Origin: Octopus sinensis
Taxonomy: Eukaryota
Reading direction: 5' to 3'
Assembly (NCBI RefSeq): GCF_006345805.1
Contig: NC_043010.1
Location: 48,794,001 to 48,858,000, forward strand
Length of the DNA: 64,000 nucleotides
In this document: positions 35,831 through 49,204 of the stretch, piece after piece
How positions within the stretch are numbered: the stretch's first letter is position 1
How the letters are laid out: every line of letters starts with the position of its first letter
Program-made: the position numbers and the translations under genes
Notes under the pieces: generated by a model
Database searches by the model: none
The model's input: only the letters and a program-made list of their open reading frames with translations
What the model was told of the DNA's origin: nothing

Positions 35831-36861
35831 ATAATGATGATGATGATGATGATGATAATAATAATAACAATAATAATAATAATTAATAATAATAATAATA
35901 ATGATAATAATGATAATGATAATAGAATATATAAATAACACAATTCATGAACAAAGTGTAAAATGTCATTTATCCAGCCAACCTTTATCTCATCCAGCTA
36001 CTGTCCATTCAACCAAAGGTCATTATACACCATTCAACAGCAAGCCATTCACATCTTTCTTTACTCTCCCCATTTTTTTCTTTCTTTATCCTTTCCTTCT
36101 TTTTTTCTGCCTTTCTTTCTTTCTTTATCTTTCTTCTATTGTTTTCACATTCCTTTTTCATTTCACCTTGCAAATGTGTATGCGCGTATGCATGTATGGG
36201 TATTTGCTTTTATTTTCGTGTGCGCATGCGTGCGTTTATTTGCTTGTTATGTTTGCATGTTTGTGTGTTTGAATGCGTGAGTTTTTTTTGTTTGTTTTTT
36301 TTTTTACCTGTGAATCGGTGTGTCGATGTATGTTTGTATGCGTGTAGGTTCCCGTATTTACGTCTCTTTGTGCGCATGCACATGTATTTGTGTGTATTCA
36401 CGTGTATTCACATGTATTTGTGGGTATACGTGTGTACGCTTGTGGTATGCACATTTGTGTGTGTCTGTGCTTGTGTGTAATCACAGATATTTGTGTGCAT
36501 TCGTGTGTGTGTATAGTTATGCATATTTGTGCGTGTGAGCGAGCATCTATCTGTCTATCTATCTATCTAACTAACTATCTCTCTCTCTCTCTCTCTCCTC
36601 TCTCTATATATATATATATTATATATATATAATATATATATTTATTTATATATGTATATATTTATTTATAATATATATATATATTCTATATTTATATATA
36701 TATATATAAATATATGAAATATATATATATAAATATATGAAATATATATATATAAATATTATATATTTATATATATATATTTATATATATAATGATAATA
36801 TATATATATATATATAATGTATATATATATATATAGTGTATATAATATATATGTATATATA

Positions 36862-36911
<50 letters not shown>

Positions 36912-36942
36912 ATATATATATATATATATATATAGATATATA

Positions 36943-36980
<38 letters not shown>

Positions 36981-38889
36981 TATATATATGTATATATGTA
37001 TATATGTATGTATATATTCATATGTGCGTTTATGTTTGTGTCTGCTTGTATGTGGTTATACATTTCTGTACGAATGTGTGAACGTTTGATTTGTATGCAT
37101 GTATGTATGTATGTATGTTATTATGTATGTATGTATGTATGTATGTATATATATATGTGTGTGTATGTGTGTATGTATATATATGTTTGTGGTGTACAAT
37201 CATATTCATATGTGTGTTTATGTGTGCATTCGTATGTGTGCGTTGTTGTGCATATTTGTGCGTGTGTGATCACACTCACGCACCCACACACACTCTTATA
37301 CACACATATGCCCATGTATATTCATACACGTGTATATGTGCATGCATGTGTGCATGCTTGCATATGCTGGTGTACATGCACAAACACCTGTCTGTATGTG
37401 TGCATGTATTTGCATGTTCACATGCATATAAATAAATCTGTTTATTTGTTTATATGTGCACGTTGCCGTTCATACATGCGTGCATGTTTGCATATATATA
37501 TATGCTTCTGTATGTTTGAAGGTTTTGTACGTGCCCTGTGCGAATGAGTGCGTTAAATATCTGTGACTGGGGTTATGTTTATTCCGTAAGATCGAATATT
37601 GGAGAAACACGTTTGGCTGTGACGTTATCAATTTGCAATAGAATATCAAGAATCAAAAACGGTGAAGGGAAGGTGCTTATTAATAGCAGCAGTCATAGTT
37701 TTGTTGTTGCTGGTTGGTTGGTTGGGGGGGGGGGTGAAATGGTGATGGTGACGGTGCTAGTGCTAACGCTATTAATGATTTTCTCTTTTAAATGCGGCGA
37801 TAGCTCATGTTGTAACTGTCAACATTTTTGTTTGTTTTATTTTGTTGTTTTTTTTTGGTGGGTGTTTTGCTGGAGATTTTATTTATTTATTTATTTATTT
37901 ATTTATTTGTTCGAAAGTTTTGAGTTAATTAGTTATTACCCACCCACACCACTACCACCACCAACAACAACAACAACAACACTACAGCAACAACGTTACT
38001 ACAAGAATATCACTAACCCAAGCGACTGAAATCACGAACACCTGAACGAACAACAACAATAACAACAACAACAATCTCACTAATATCATTACAAACAAAC
38101 ACCACGTAAAAATCAACATTAACTGCATCAACAACAATAACAACACGTTTATAATACTACCAGTACTAACACTCTGTCTACTACCACTGCTACCTTTGTC
38201 CGCAGTAAAATCAAAGAATCAAAGACAAATTCTACTACCAACACTTACACCAACACAAATACCTGTTCGAACACTCGAACAAAGAACAACACAAACACTT
38301 ATACGAATACTCGAACAAAGAACAACACAAACACCTATGCGAGTACTCGAACAAAGAAAAAACACCGAGAATATCAAAATCAACGGCGAAAACAATACCA
38401 ATAAATAACAATAGCCCTATCCCTGTCAGTAACAACACCATCAAAGCCACCATCGACAAAAATAACAGTGACAACAATACGATTATCAACAACATTGATA
38501 ACACCAACACCATCATGAACGGCTGTACCAACAATTATACCATCGCCATCAACAACGTCAACAACACGGACAAAACCTAGAAAGAAATTTAAAAGACATT
38601 ACAGTTGAAAACTGTATTAATAGAGCCATTTATAAAAAGAACAGGTTTTATCAAGCCATTACTGAATAATATCGACCATGGAGGGTTAGGGTTGTAGTCA
38701 GTGAACCAAGAGGTTGGTCGTTCGTATTCTGGAATCTGCAGTTCACAGTAACCGTGGGCAAGACATTTAACTTATAAATTACATAAGATTGATCAACCAC
38801 CTAGAAATAGGAAATAGTAACAAAATCTTACTCGAATCATACCCTGAAACAGGAAGGATACATCTGTTTATGTGGTTCTAGATATAATT

Positions 38890-39160
38890 ATAAAAGGCTA
38901 AAGACCCCCTTCGGTCATGAAGGACCATTGGATAGCACCTAGAAAGTTCCCCTCCGAGGCACAAGTTCAGACAAGGTTGCTTAAAGAAGACCAGTAGTCG
39001 CCTATGTATACCAGCCTCCTCTCTCCACTCCACTGATGTTATCCAAGGGAAAGGTAAAGACCGATACAGCTTGACACCAGTAACGTCGCAACTCATTTCT
39101 ACAGCTGAGTGAACTGGAGCAGCATGAAATAAAGTGTCTTGCTCAAGAACACAACACACA
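38890..39160 (-). mobile_element. SINE family E (family-D-like core, different tail), lacking its head
   Basis: Reverse strand gtgttcttgagcaagacactttatttcatgctgctccagttcactcagctgtagaaatgagttgcgacg.. Confidence 0.7.
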
Positions 39161-39162
39161 CG

Positions 39163-39209
<47 letters not shown>

Positions 39210-39629
39210 TCGTGAGTTCAATTCCCGCCGACGCGTCATCTCCGCACCCTCAACTGGGTACAGCTCCAGTATGACCTTTTAGTTTCTATGAGTCATTCTG
39301 ATTTTTAAGTTCGCCTTTGCTTTCTTCTCACCATATGTCACTCCTCGTCACTTTTGCACTGGCCACCCATCCATATTGCGATAGAAAGATGACAACAAAC
39401 TGAGTGGGGGGTTAATGTCGTTACAATATCCCTGACGTCACCCTTGTATTTGTCGTAAATACTGGGGTGCAAACGTATGTGCAGAGATTATATAGCTATT
39501 TCAGACAGTTTTCTGATCTGAGTCTTTGTTCTTGAGACCACAGATGAGCTTATCGGCCCTATCACTCTCAGTCAAGAGAATTTGTTCGTATGCCGTTGCT
39601 CTTTTGAGGGCAACTTATCTGGTACAGTT

Positions 39630-39840
39630 CTACATTGAAGAGATGAGGAATTATGTACATTATTTACATTATTTACATTCGACGGATATTTGTCCTCATC
39701 ATGTTTGTTGTTAACACAACGTTTCGACTGATATACCCCCCAGCCTTCTTCGGGTGTCTTGGGGAAATGTTGTGTTAACAACAAACAAGATGCGGACAAA
39801 TATCCTTCGAATGTAAATAATGTAAATAATGTAAATGATG
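39630..39840. mobile_element. Penelope-like pseudo-LTR with a hammerhead motif and an inverted duplicated tail
   Basis: Minus 39714-39757: acac-CCGAAGA-A-GGCUG-loop-CAGUC-GAAAC-GUU-gugu; 39655-39720 is inverted at 39769-39835. Confidence 0.65.
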
Positions 39841-41820
39841 AACTTGTCTGGTGTTCTATATAGAGGGATATTTATTATTCAACCACTGAAAACAACAGAA
39901 ACGGTTATAAGCGCCGACGCAGTAGACTAATGGAGGGAAAACGTTACTAATGAACATGAGCAATTTTATGTTATAAGTCCTTTAAAGGGAATAATGAAGT
40001 TTTGAATAGAGATTGCTTCAGTAGTCTAAGACTGCGTAGATTAGAAAGAAAGTGGTTTGTGCGTTTGTGTGTGGGGGGGGGTCTGTTTGTCCGTGTGTTT
40101 TGCACGCGAGGGCACGTACTTAGACACGAACACAAGGCAGTCGATTAATAAAATTGTTATGGCATAGAACAAAATGCCTTGCAATATTTGCTGTGGTTCT
40201 ATGCGTTTTGGGTTCAAATACCGCATATAGTTTATTTTACTTTGGAGCCAATAAAATAATATACAAGTCAACTTCTAGGCTATTTCTCTCGCTCTCTCTC
40301 TTCCATGGAGAGAGAGAGAGGGAGGGGGGGTTATATGAGGAAGCCTCCACTTATATAGATCAATGTCACATTTCAGACCTGCAGAAAATTTGAGTATTTT
40401 CCTTTAGTTCAAAATTTATCCCTAATTAATTCGATGCTTTCTCAGAATATGCGAAACGCTTGAAATAACTATTTAAAAACCTCGATTTCACAAGCGACAT
40501 TCATTTGGCTCCCGAGAAGGGGTGCATCCCCTAGAGTGGAATTAAAAAGCAGCAAAGAGAGCGGCGAGTAGTACATTTATTTTGCGTTTAATTAGAACCC
40601 CTACGTTTATTACAGAAGGATAAAAGTTAGGATGCTGATGAGTAACCAAAAGTTTTAGGCTAGCAATGGTCAAGAAAAGGGCGCGAAAACACTAATTTAG
40701 GAGCATTTAAGAATTTATATGGGTTCTAATGAATTCGCAGTTTTGTGAAATTTAGGAAACTTTGGAACTGATGTTAAAATTTAGATTTTATGTTAAAATT
40801 TAGAATATAAGTTAATCTATAACGAAAGAGATAAGCCTTCATATATTTTAACTTTATTTTATTTTGTTAGCAAGCATTTTATTTTCTGTCCCATTTCCTT
40901 ACCCAGACTCCTAACAAGAACACGCCGAGACATCACGAGCCGACGAGGGGGCTTCTAAGTGGTTGCTTAACCTGCTAGAAATAGCTGTCAATTTTCTTCA
41001 AATCACATCCTACGGTCTTAAAGCACGAAGGATGTTTTAGATAATGCAGCCTTAGATATACTACAAAAACGGAATGATCATGGCTGGAATGCATTCGATT
41101 ATGGTTCTGCTTGATGAGAGTTGTCCCAGAACTAAACAACAACAACAACAACAACACTAGCAGCAACACGAACAACACCGTGACACCATCGGCAAGCAGA
41201 CAACATTACGGCGCCTGTTCCACAAGTATGTTATTAATATCAATAAACGAAAACGCAGCATGCCCATCGTCCAGGGGAGAAGATGGAAGGCAAGCAAAGG
41301 AATGATGTGGTTGGCCTCAGCCAGGTACTAATCATTTCAATATCTCACTGAACAATAACATATATGGACATCGCTATCGATTTGCACGACTTTTGCAACG
41401 CGTAATAAGCATTTGTTTAATAATAGAGATGCCAAACGAATAATAAATAGGCGGAAATTAGCGTTCCATATTGAATGATATGCTTCTTCGGAGTTATTGC
41501 CAGCCTGTTAATATGTGAAGCGATAGAGCTGCTAATTAACGACCATAGAGAAGTAGGAAAAGGAATGCTCGTTTGAGAAACAGAGGGCGGTTTCGAATCG
41601 TTGTGGCATTCTTTCTTTGAATTAGTAACTGACTTTTTTTTAAAATAATGTTTCACACTGGAAGAGTTGTAAATTGAAATGAAATCATTCCACATGGACA
41701 CCGGCCTGAGTATGTGGTTAAGATGCTTGCTTTTGTTACCATGTGGTTTCAAATTCGGTCCCACTGCGCGGCATCTTGGGCAAGTGTCTTCAACTATAGG
41801 CTGAGTAAGTTTGGTAGATA

Positions 41821-42206
41821 GTGGAAGCACTCCGTCGGTTACGACGACGAGGGTTCCGGTTGATCCGAATCAACGGAACAGCCTGATCGTGAAATTAACG
41901 TGTAAGTGGCTGAGCACTCCACAGACACGTGTACCCTTAACGTAGTTCTCGGGGATATTCAGCGTGACACAGAGAGTGACAAGGCCGGCCCTTTGAAATA
42001 CAGGTACAACAGAAACAGGAAGTAAGAGTGAGAGAAAGTTGTGGTGAAAGAATACAGCAGGGATCACCACCATCCCCTGCCGGAGCCTCGTGGAGCTTTA
42101 GGTGTTTTCGCTCAATAAACACTCACAACGCCCGGTCTGGGAATCGAAACCGCGATCCTATGACCGCGAGTCCGCTGCCCTCACCACTGGGCCATTGCGC
42201 CTCCAC
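41821..42206 (-). mobile_element. SINE family C, full length
   Basis: 11-bp TSD tttggtagata (41810-41820 / 42207-42217); inserted in a family-A remnant. Confidence 0.92.
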
Positions 42207-42694
42207 TTTGGTAGATAATGTAATGTACTGTTCTGTGATAGAAAGATGAAAAAAAAGTACTACGTCTGGTGAGGGATAAATATTTATTTAAAGGACACAA
42301 TACGTGTCTTTAAGTGATACTTATAGTTTCATACGTTAAGAAATACCTCATACATATTCATCAAGCACAAACCACATATCATAACGAAGTAAAAAAAAAG
42401 TTGAATAAGAGAAGAAACGCGAAAAAGTTAAGAAGGCAGCATATAGAAAACGCGGAAGGTTAAAAAAAAAACGGAAAACCAAACATTAAAAACTAAAATG
42501 TAAAAAGGAAAAAGGCAACAGAGTTGTCCCCGTTAGATTTTAAATTATATATGTGCACTAATGCTAATTTTTTTTTCCGTCGAGAGATTGCAATTCTATG
42601 GTCAAGATACGGTGAAAGCTTATATGCTTAATCTTATAACTATATTTAGAATATAGATATAGATATAGATATCTATTTATACACATACAGAGTG

Positions 42695-42780
<86 letters not shown>

Positions 42781-42956
42781 GAGAGACAGAGAGACAGACA
42801 GACAGACAGAGAGATACATACATACATAGATATATATTTACAATATATTTACGTTCCCATTATTATATTGTGTGAAATTTGATTTAGTATTTCTAAATTG
42901 AATTTTTTTTTCCTTGTAAGTTTGGATTTTATACCCTCAAATAATAATAATAATTA

Positions 42957-43001
<45 letters not shown>

Positions 43002-43144
43002 GAAAATAATGCAATACGAAAGTATTGCTTTCCAGTAAAAGATAGCCCGTAAGGGTAAAATTATACAATAGCGTCGTATTTATTACGATCGCTATTTTCC
43101 TGTAAAATCGGTACCTCGTTGTACCGTTTATTTACTTTTATATG

Positions 43145-43214
<70 letters not shown>

Positions 43215-43218
43215 ATAT

Positions 43219-43260
<42 letters not shown>

Positions 43261-43328
43261 TTTGATTTTGATTTTTCTAGTTTCAGCTAATGATCTGTGG
43301 CCATGCTGGGGCACCGCCACATATATAT

Positions 43329-43360
<32 letters not shown>

Positions 43361-44229
43361 TTGTATGTATGTGTATATATAAATATACTCTATATATGTG
43401 TGCATGTGTGTGCGTGTGTGTGTATCTGTGTTTGTGCCCCACAACCGCTTGATAGCTGATGTTGCAGCATTGTTTTGTTTACGTTCTCATAACTTAGCAG
43501 ATCGGCATAAGAGACCAACAAAATACGCGCCAAACTTAAAAGAAATAAGTACTGGGGGTCGACTTGTTCGACCAAAGCTTTCACGGCAATGTCCCCCCAG
43601 CATGGCTGCAGTCCAATGATTGCAACGAGTAAGGGATAAAAGATAGTTGCACAAACGTTCGAAGGACTCCTAGTTTGGTAAACAGTTTTATTTTGTGAAT
43701 TGAAACAAACATCATTGTTAATAGAAAGTATTTTTTTCGCAGCAACTCGCTCGCTTTCTCTTAATAATCTGTGATCTATTCACCAGCTAGATCAATCGAA
43801 ATGAGAAAAGTTAAGAATTTTATCCAAAGATTTAACAAATAACCGATAGTGAGTTATATTTGGGTATAACAAGATCTGGCGTATAATGTCTAGTGTTATG
43901 TAATGAAACGTTCACCGATCGTTGCTCAAACGGTGTCTATTAAAGTCTTGAGTTGTTAACTTAATCTTTTAGCTTTTATCTTTTACTTGTTACAGTCATT
44001 AGATTACTGCCATCCTGGGACACCACCTTGAATATTTAGTCGAATGAATCGACCTCAATACTTCTTTATTTTTTAAAGAAACGGTATTCATTCTATCGTT
44101 CTGTTGGCTGAATCGCTTAAGTTACTGAGAAACAAACACTCCAACACCGGTTGTCAAGCGGTGTGTGTTACGTGGGGGAGACAAACACAGACACAAAGAG
44201 ACACACATAGAAATAAACATACATATGTG

Positions 44230-44468
44230 TATATATTACTCTTTTACTCTTTTACTTGTTTCAGTCATTTGACTGCGGCCATGCTGGAGCACCGCCTTTA
44301 ATCGAGCAACTCGACCCCAGGACTTATTCTTTTGTAAGCCCAGTACTTATTCTATCGGTTCCTTTTGCCGAACCGCTAAGTTACGAGGACATAAACACTC
44401 TAGCACCGGTTGTCAAGCAATGCTAGGGGGACAAACACAGACACACAAACACACACATGCATATATAT

Positions 44469-44502
<34 letters not shown>

Positions 44503-44670
44503 CATATATACGACGGGCTTCTTTTCAGTTTCCGTCTACCAAATCCACTCACAAGGCTTTGGTCGGCCCGAGGGTATAGTAGAAGACACTTGCCCAAGGT
44601 GCCACGCAGTGGGACTGAACCCAGAACCATGTGGTTGGTAAACAAGCTACTTACCACACAGCCACTCCTG
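44230..44670 (-). mobile_element. SINE family A, young and full length
   Basis: gcaggagtggctgtgtggtaagtagc head through the gactgaaacaagtaaaagagtaaaagag tail. Confidence 0.88.
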
Positions 44671-44889
44671 CATATATATACGACGGGTTTCTTTCAGTTT
44701 TGGCACAGGGCCAGCAACTTCGAGGGAGGGGCTAAGTCGATTATATCGACTCCAATGCCCGATTGGTACTTATTTTATCGACCCTGGAAGTCGACCTCGG
44801 CAATGAAGAAGGACGAAATACCTATTTCTTTACTACCCACAAGGGGCTAAACACAGAGAGGACAAACAAGGACAGACAAACGGACAGAA

Positions 44890-46040
44890 AGCGACCATCA
44901 CCCTATGGTCGCCTGATTGCAGCGTCGAAGTTGACGGCTTCTAGTAGCATCCTCTACCTGTCTCCTTTATCTCTTTCCCTACCGTCACTGGAATTATGAA
45001 AAAAGTGTGTTGGTGTTGGTATTGGTGTCTTGGTTTGCTGAACAACCTGTATTATGAATATTATTATAGTGCGCTTGTTTTGTGCGGCCCACTAGAATAA
45101 CAATTATAATGCAGGTTCTTCAAACTTGTATTGGTTTGTCTCAACAAGTACTATGAGTCCAAAAGTTATCAGAATGCAGAATTTGTATGGAGTTATCTTC
45201 TCTTAGATGAGCAGCTAAAGAGCTGAAAGGTCTCATTTACTCTGGGTCCGTCGGGGTGTCTGTTAGTGACCTTCTTCTGGGGGCTATGATGGGATACTTC
45301 CTAGTTTATTACTGGTTGTAATTGTTATGGATATCTTCCCTTGTCTTTGCAGGTTGTTGCTGTGATAAGGTTTATCGAGGAAGTCTTATGCTTTGCTTCT
45401 GGTAATGAAGGCGAAGCAATTATTGTACCAACTCACAAATTATGCTTGATATCGCTTTAGGATCGACATCTCCATTGTTTACTTTTGATAATTTTGTTCT
45501 TTCGGGCTGTCTGTGCAGAAAACCATTAAAAATGGGTTTGCTCCCACATGTAAAGCAATTGAATTGTCTATAGTGGATGCTAGTTTTGAAGGGTTTTTCT
45601 CTCAGTATCCTCTACGGGACATAATTCTAGGATTGCATTGTGATCTAGCGGGATCATGAGGATTTATGTCCATGGTGATCGTTAAATGTTACATCAGCGC
45701 TGCACTGATCATCTGCCCATAGTGTGTCACGATGGTGGCCATTAGCTAGGATCCAATTTCGTCATCGATGATCCTCAAGTCCCTGCTTCCCAAACATTGC
45801 AAAAGAAGCTCATAGGTAGCTGTGTTGTATACACTTTGGACTTGTGTCTTTTCCTTACCCTGTGTTTTACATATGAGACATATCGTACTATATGCTCTCC
45901 GTCTCTCAATGAAGGATATCATCCTTGAAATATCTGCCAGAGGTGTCTTCAGCTTTTGCTTGGGTGAAGCAAGAAAACCTCCTGCGTCTTTCACGAGACA
46001 TGACATCTATAATAGACTGAGGTAGACTGAGGCTTGTGTA
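44890..46040 (-). mobile_element. Decayed non-LTR retrotransposon (ORF1/endonuclease region)
   Basis: Fragments IALHVGAN (like the SGNH-esterase HVGTND of CR1/L2 ORF1) and LQSGDHRVMV (SDH-like); many stops. Confidence 0.35.
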
Positions 46041-47097
46041 CAAAATGTCAAGTTTTCGGACACTTCACATATAATGTTCCATAATATGTTTTCTGTTTTA
46101 TCTTTTTGTTGTTGTTGTTGTTGTTAAAAGGTATTTGCAAACGATAGCTTTTCGTTATTCATCCTTACACCCGAAGCAATAAGTGCTTACGTGCATGCAC
46201 ACATTGTTGTTATTGTCGTTGTTTTATACTGTATGCTTTTGTCGGAATGTAATTTTTTATTTACTACAATTTGCTTATATTTTCTTTGATATATTTCTTA
46301 CTACTTTGGCTGTTGTTTTAACGGTTGTTTTACTTTGTTAATTGTAATCTTACTCATGAGCAGATCTTGGAAAGAAGCCATTCTTTTTTACCTTAACGTT
46401 AGACAGCTGAATACAGTGAAAATATTTCTTTAAAAAACCCTGAGCTGGTGTTCTAACTCCAATAAGGGGTATACTTCCGAAATGTTAGAGAAGGGTCTTT
46501 GAGAGAACTAATACCCTGGAAATAAAAATTACTTCCTTCTGTCACACTTGTATAATATATTGAGCAAACACGGAACCAAATATTTTCCATTTGCCGGCCT
46601 TGTACCAAAATTACAAAGGCTTATTTGTTTTGTGTTTTATTAATATTCATTTACAATGCTGCTCTCAATTTGCAACTATTCTACAGCAGCCTTAATCGTG
46701 TCGATCTCACCGATTTCTAAAGAAGCGGGGAGACGAAAGGCATGGGCACAGCCCCATTACCCAAGATTAGACCAATAACAAAAAAAAAAATAGCAGAGTT
46801 AAACTCTGATCGAAGTTACTATTACAGATGTATTGCCGACATTTTAAAAGAAAATACAACAATATTTACCAGACGTTATTCAAGTTTATTGGAACTATTC
46901 ATTTGATTTGTGTTTGATGCATATTTTACTTATTGACCTTCTACAGCTCTGTCCGCATATATATAATATATATATATTATATATATATATATATTATATA
47001 TATATATATATATATTATAATATATATATATACATACACATATAGCATACATAGATACATAGGGCATATGAATATATGTATGGCATGTATGGTGTGC

Positions 47098-47151
<54 letters not shown>

Positions 47152-47316
47152 ATATCGGTGTATGTGCAGCAAGTTTATATATCTACATAAAACCATGGAA
47201 TTGATTTAACGTTCTGATAGTACGTGTGTGTGTGTTTGTATTTGTGTAGGCAGATTTGTATACCTCTGCGCTTATGTATATAATTTTCTCATGTCATGTT
47301 AGGGTGCTTCTCTTCA

Positions 47317-47359
<43 letters not shown>

Positions 47360-47924
47360 CCTGTTTGTGTGTATGTGTGTGTGTATGTGTGTGCGTGCAA
47401 AATCTCTCCAAGCCTAAGCACACTGAACGGTGCCATCATGACTAGGATGTTTGCAAATATATTCAGCAGTTCGCTGGTCATTCTCTTGTATCAGTGACAG
47501 TAAAGCCGGTGGACGTCATCTAATATATTAATATTGAGACTGACAATAGAAGGAAATACATTTCTCTCAATACTTTACACTATTTTTAAACGGTAATACT
47601 AGATCACATTCAACATTTTTATTTGTGTTTGTTCTTGATGGTATGTATAACTGATATCGTATCACTCACTGGACATTTTGTCTCCGCAACAGCTTACTCC
47701 TCATTGATTTATTTAACCTTCGTTCAAGGTATTTTATTTCCCCCTCTTAAGGAGCATGGGAATATTTGGCATAATTTAAAACCATTACTAACTCATTTTC
47801 ATTATATTAACCAAGAAGGTGAAGTTTAAATCTTTTAGGTGTGGTGCAGACATGATCGAATATTTGAGAAGCTTTCTTTACACCTACGATGTAACCGAAT
47901 AGTAGTACATTGGACTTATGTTAA

Positions 47925-48148
47925 CTGCTGGCAGAAACGTTAGCACGCCGTGCGAAATGCTCAGCAGTATTTCGTCTGTCGTTACGTTCTGAGTTCAAAT
48001 TCCGCCAACGTCGACTTAGCCTTTCATCCTTTCGGGGTCAATTAAATAAGTACCAGTTACGCATTGGGGTCCATATAATCGACTTAATCCCTTTGTCTGT
48101 CCTTGTTTGTCCTCTCTGTGTTTAGCCCCTTGTGGGCAGTAAAGAAAT
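47925..48148 (+). mobile_element. SINE family B monomer
   Basis: Full body; short TSD tatgtta. Confidence 0.88.
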
Positions 48149-48509
48149 ATATGTTATACTTTGTATGAAACTAAATAATTGATATGATACACCGATAGTA
48201 TGAATGTATGTTTGTTTGTTTTTTTCTCTAGGTACACGTTTGTACCTACACAAACACACACACACACACACATGTTAACATACTGATAGCCTGTGAGTGT
48301 CAGTAAATTTGTGAACGAATACATGTACATACATAGAGACACTAGAAATGAACATGATATTTGGGACTAAAAACTATGCAAGACTTTAAAATTTAGAGGA
48401 CGATTGAACAAAACAAGATGCCTTCCTTCACAACCTTGCTACCAAGTAGGTGGCCGATCAAAATTTACTCTACATTAAAAAGAGAAAGAGAAGAACATAT
48501 ATATGCACA

Positions 48510-48562
<53 letters not shown>

Positions 48563-48573
48563 ACATATGTATG

Positions 48574-48614
<41 letters not shown>

Positions 48615-48616
<2 letters not shown>

Positions 48617-48915
48617 AGGCACATGGCCTAGTGATTAGAGCAGCGGACTCGCGGTCGAGGGATCGCAGGTTCGAATCTCTGGGCGATGTGTGTGTTTATG
48701 AGCGAAATATCTAAGCTCTACGCGGTTCCGGCAGAAGATGATGGCGAACTTCTGCTGACTCTTTCGCCACAATTTTCACTCACTCTTTCCTCCTGCATCT
48801 TGCAGCTCACTCGAGGTCGATAAAATAAAGTACCAGTCGAGCATTGGTGTCGATGTAATCGATTAGCCCTCTGCTCCGAAATTTCAAGCCTTGTACCTAT
48901 GGTAGAAAGAATTAT
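48615..48915 (+). mobile_element. Old family-C-like head joined to a Nin core
   Basis: ggaggcacatggcctagtg..ggactcgcggtc head, then gaggtcgataaaataaagtaccag. Confidence 0.6.
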
Positions 48916-49128
48916 TGATTTCAAATTTTAGCACAAGGCCAGAATTTGGCGGTGGGGGGAAAAGTTGATTACATCGACACCAGTACTTTACTGGTACTTA
49001 ATTTATCGACACTGAGAAGGATGAAATGCAAAGTCGACCTCGGCGAAATTTGAACTCATTACGTAAAGACGAACGAAATGCCGCTAAGCACTTTGTCCGG
49101 CATGCGAACGATTCTGCCAGCTTACCAC
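48916..49128 (-). mobile_element. Nin-core SINE inserted into the tail of the preceding SINE
   Basis: 15-bp TSD ggtagaaagaattat at 48901-48915 and 49129-49143. Confidence 0.85.
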
Positions 49129-49204
49129 GGTAGAAAGAATTATCGTTCATTACAATCCGGCGAACTGCCTGAGTTGTTAAGACATTGGACAATATACTTC
49201 GAAG

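Noticed and set aside
38196-38580. Thr/Asn-rich mucin-like ORF with three 33-bp repeats
   Set aside because: Degenerate (AAC)n region with stops in every extended frame
40900-40960. Mini-exon on either strand (LLTRTRRDIT.. or KPPRRLVMSRR..)
   Set aside because: Splice-like signals only; no partner exon or recognisable protein
41129-41224. Asn-rich exon ending at a strong donor (acaa|gtatgt)
   Set aside because: Poor acceptor; mostly (AAC)n low complexity
47693-47728. 36-nt exon AYSSLIYLTFVQ/G echoing the FVQG end of the signal-peptide exon
   Set aside because: Weak donor (gtattt), no suitable ATG; probably coincidence
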